DNA from: Acidobacteriota bacterium
GTDB taxonomy: Bacteria; Acidobacteriota; UBA890; WLXD01
Reading direction: 5' to 3'
Assembly: GCA_036012155.1 (NCBI GenBank)
Contig: DASCOT010000052.1
Coordinates: 1-62,960 of the forward strand
DNA: 62,960 nucleotides
In this document: in pieces, positions 61,586-62,960 of the stretch
How positions within the stretch are numbered: the first letter of the stretch is position 1
Layout of the letters: each line of letters begins with the position of its first letter
Notes under the pieces: model-generated
Seen by the model: the letters and a program-made list of their open reading frames with translations, nothing else
What the model was told of the DNA's origin: nothing
The model's database searches: none
Program-made: the position numbers and the translations under genes

Positions 61586-62960
61586 GTGAGCCAGCTCGAA
61601 CTGCGCCACGATCTTTCTGGCGACCTGAACGCCGAGCAGTACCGGGCTGTCACCCACGACGGCGGCCCATGTCTCGTGCTCGCCGGCTCCGGCTCCGGCA
61701 AGACTCGCGTCATCACGTATCGCATAGCCTGGTTGCTCGCCGAGCTCGGCGCACCGGCTTCATCGATCTGCGCTGTTACGTTCACCAACAAAGCGGCAGG
61801 AGAGATGCGGTCTCGGGTCGCGCGACTCGCCGGAGAGGCGGCCTCGGACGTTTGGGTACTGACCTTCCACGCTCTCGGCTTACGCATCTTGCGCGCTGCG
61901 GCCGGGATCGACGGCGCCCCGCGGCCCGGATTCGCGGTCTACGATCGTGGCGACGCGCTGGCGGTCTGGCGACGGTGCCAAAGCGCCGCGAACATCGATG
62001 CTAACGAGCTGCGGCCGACGATGCTGTACGAGATGTGCAGTCGCGCGCGCAACCAACTGGAAGACCCTCGCGCCTGGGATAGTGCTGGCCGGTCGCCCGA
62101 GGAACGTGCCGCGGCCCAGATCTACGCTCGCTACAAGACACAGATGGGCGCTGACAACGCGGTCGATTTCGACGATCTGCTCGCTCTGCCGCTGCAGTTA
62201 CTCAGCGACGGCATCGTCGGTCTCGACCGTAGCCGCTTCCACCACCTGCTGGTCGACGAGTACCAGGACACGAACCGCACGCAGTATCGCCTCGTGCGTA
62301 AGCTGCTCGACGAAACCGGCTCGCTGATGGTCGTCGGCGACGAAGACCAATCGATATACCGGTGGCGAGGAGCCGATATCGCCAACGTTCTCGAGTTCCG
62401 CGAGGACTTTCCGAGTGCCACCGTCGTACGGCTCGAACAAAACTACCGTTCGACGCAACCCATCCTCGCCGCCGCCGGGTCGTTGGTCTCCCACAACAGC
62501 GAGCGCCTCGGGAAGCAACTGTGGACCGACAACCCCGGCGACTCCAAGCCGACCTACATGCAATGCGCCACCGAGCGGAGCGAGGCGGTCTGGATCGCCA
62601 AGCGGATCGCCGTGGCGATCGCTGCAGACGCGTCTCCCGCAGACATGGCCGTCCTCTATCGAACCAACGCGCAATCTCGGCCCTTCGAGGAGGAGCTTGC
62701 TGGGCGGGGGATCCCGTTTCGCGTGCTCGGGGGCCAGACCTTCTTCCGACGCGCCGAGATAAAGGACGTGCTGGCCTACCTACGCCTGTTGTCGGCGGAC
62801 GACGACGCTGCCTTTGCGCGAGCAGTGGCCGCCCCACCGCGCGGTGTCGGGCCAGCCAACCTCGAGTCCTTACGGGGCCAGGGTGGCTCGTTGGCCGCCG
62901 CGCTGCTCGGCGCGGTCGCCGCCGCCGACCCGGAGGCGCAGTTCCGTGATATCGGATGCC
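61586..62960 (+). CDS. pcrA: PcrA/UvrD ATP-dependent helicase (runs off the right edge)
   Basis: From GTG 61586: LNAEQYRAV, LAGSGSGKTRVIT, VTFTNKAA, VDEYQDTN, VGDEDQSIYRWRGA, LEQNYRST, LYRTNAQS. Frame is consistent at the start, middle and end. Confidence 0.9.
   Translation, partial: MSQLELRHDLSGDLNAEQYRAVTHDGGPCLVLAGSGSGKTRVITYRIAWLLAELGAPASSICAVTFTNKAAGEMRSRVARLAGEAASDVWVLTFHALGLRILRAAAGIDGAPRPGFAVYDRGDALAVWRRCQSAANIDANELRPTMLYEMCSRARNQLEDPRAWDSAGRSPEERAAAQIYARYKTQMGADNAVDFDDLLALPLQLLSDGIVGLDRSRFHHLLVDEYQDTNRTQYRLVRKLLDETGSLMVVGDEDQSIYRWRGADIANVLEFREDFPSATVVRLEQNYRSTQPILAAAGSLVSHNSERLGKQLWTDNPGDSKPTYMQCATERSEAVWIAKRIAVAIAADASPADMAVLYRTNAQSRPFEEELAGRGIPFRVLGGQTFFRRAEIKDVLAYLRLLSADDDAAFARAVAAPPRGVGPANLESLRGQGGSLAAALLGAVAAADPEAQFRDIGC

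Overview
GC-rich bacterial chromosomal segment, probably from an Acidobacteriota genome (inferred from the PadR+ADOP permease pair and a GWxTD-type protein). I found no CRISPR array, transposase, integrase or prophage. Core genes: an AddAB-like helicase/nuclease pair, a fused 2-oxoacid dehydrogenase E1, pntAA-AB-B, carAB, tRNA-Ser, SRP RNA-dnaX-ybaB-recR, tRNA-Asn, ychF, tmk and glmU-glmS-pcrA. These are interleaved with many exported hydrolases. The most notable observation is a secreted PA-domain zinc metallopeptidase (14869-16449) that appears circularly permuted: the SSxSH/LMEP segment that normally closes this family lies before HEMGH, and a normally separate partner domain appears fused at the N-terminus. 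Other points of interest are a TmpAB-like phosphonate oxygenase pair, a Cys/His-rich leader-like gene before an OprC-like receptor lacking the copper-ligand Cys, a SPASM-first radical SAM gene with an in-frame TAG, a perfect 20-bp palindrome before an SPFH-Arc operon, a sigma-54 promoter, and several gene remnants. All family assignments come from reading motifs by eye; no database searches were run.
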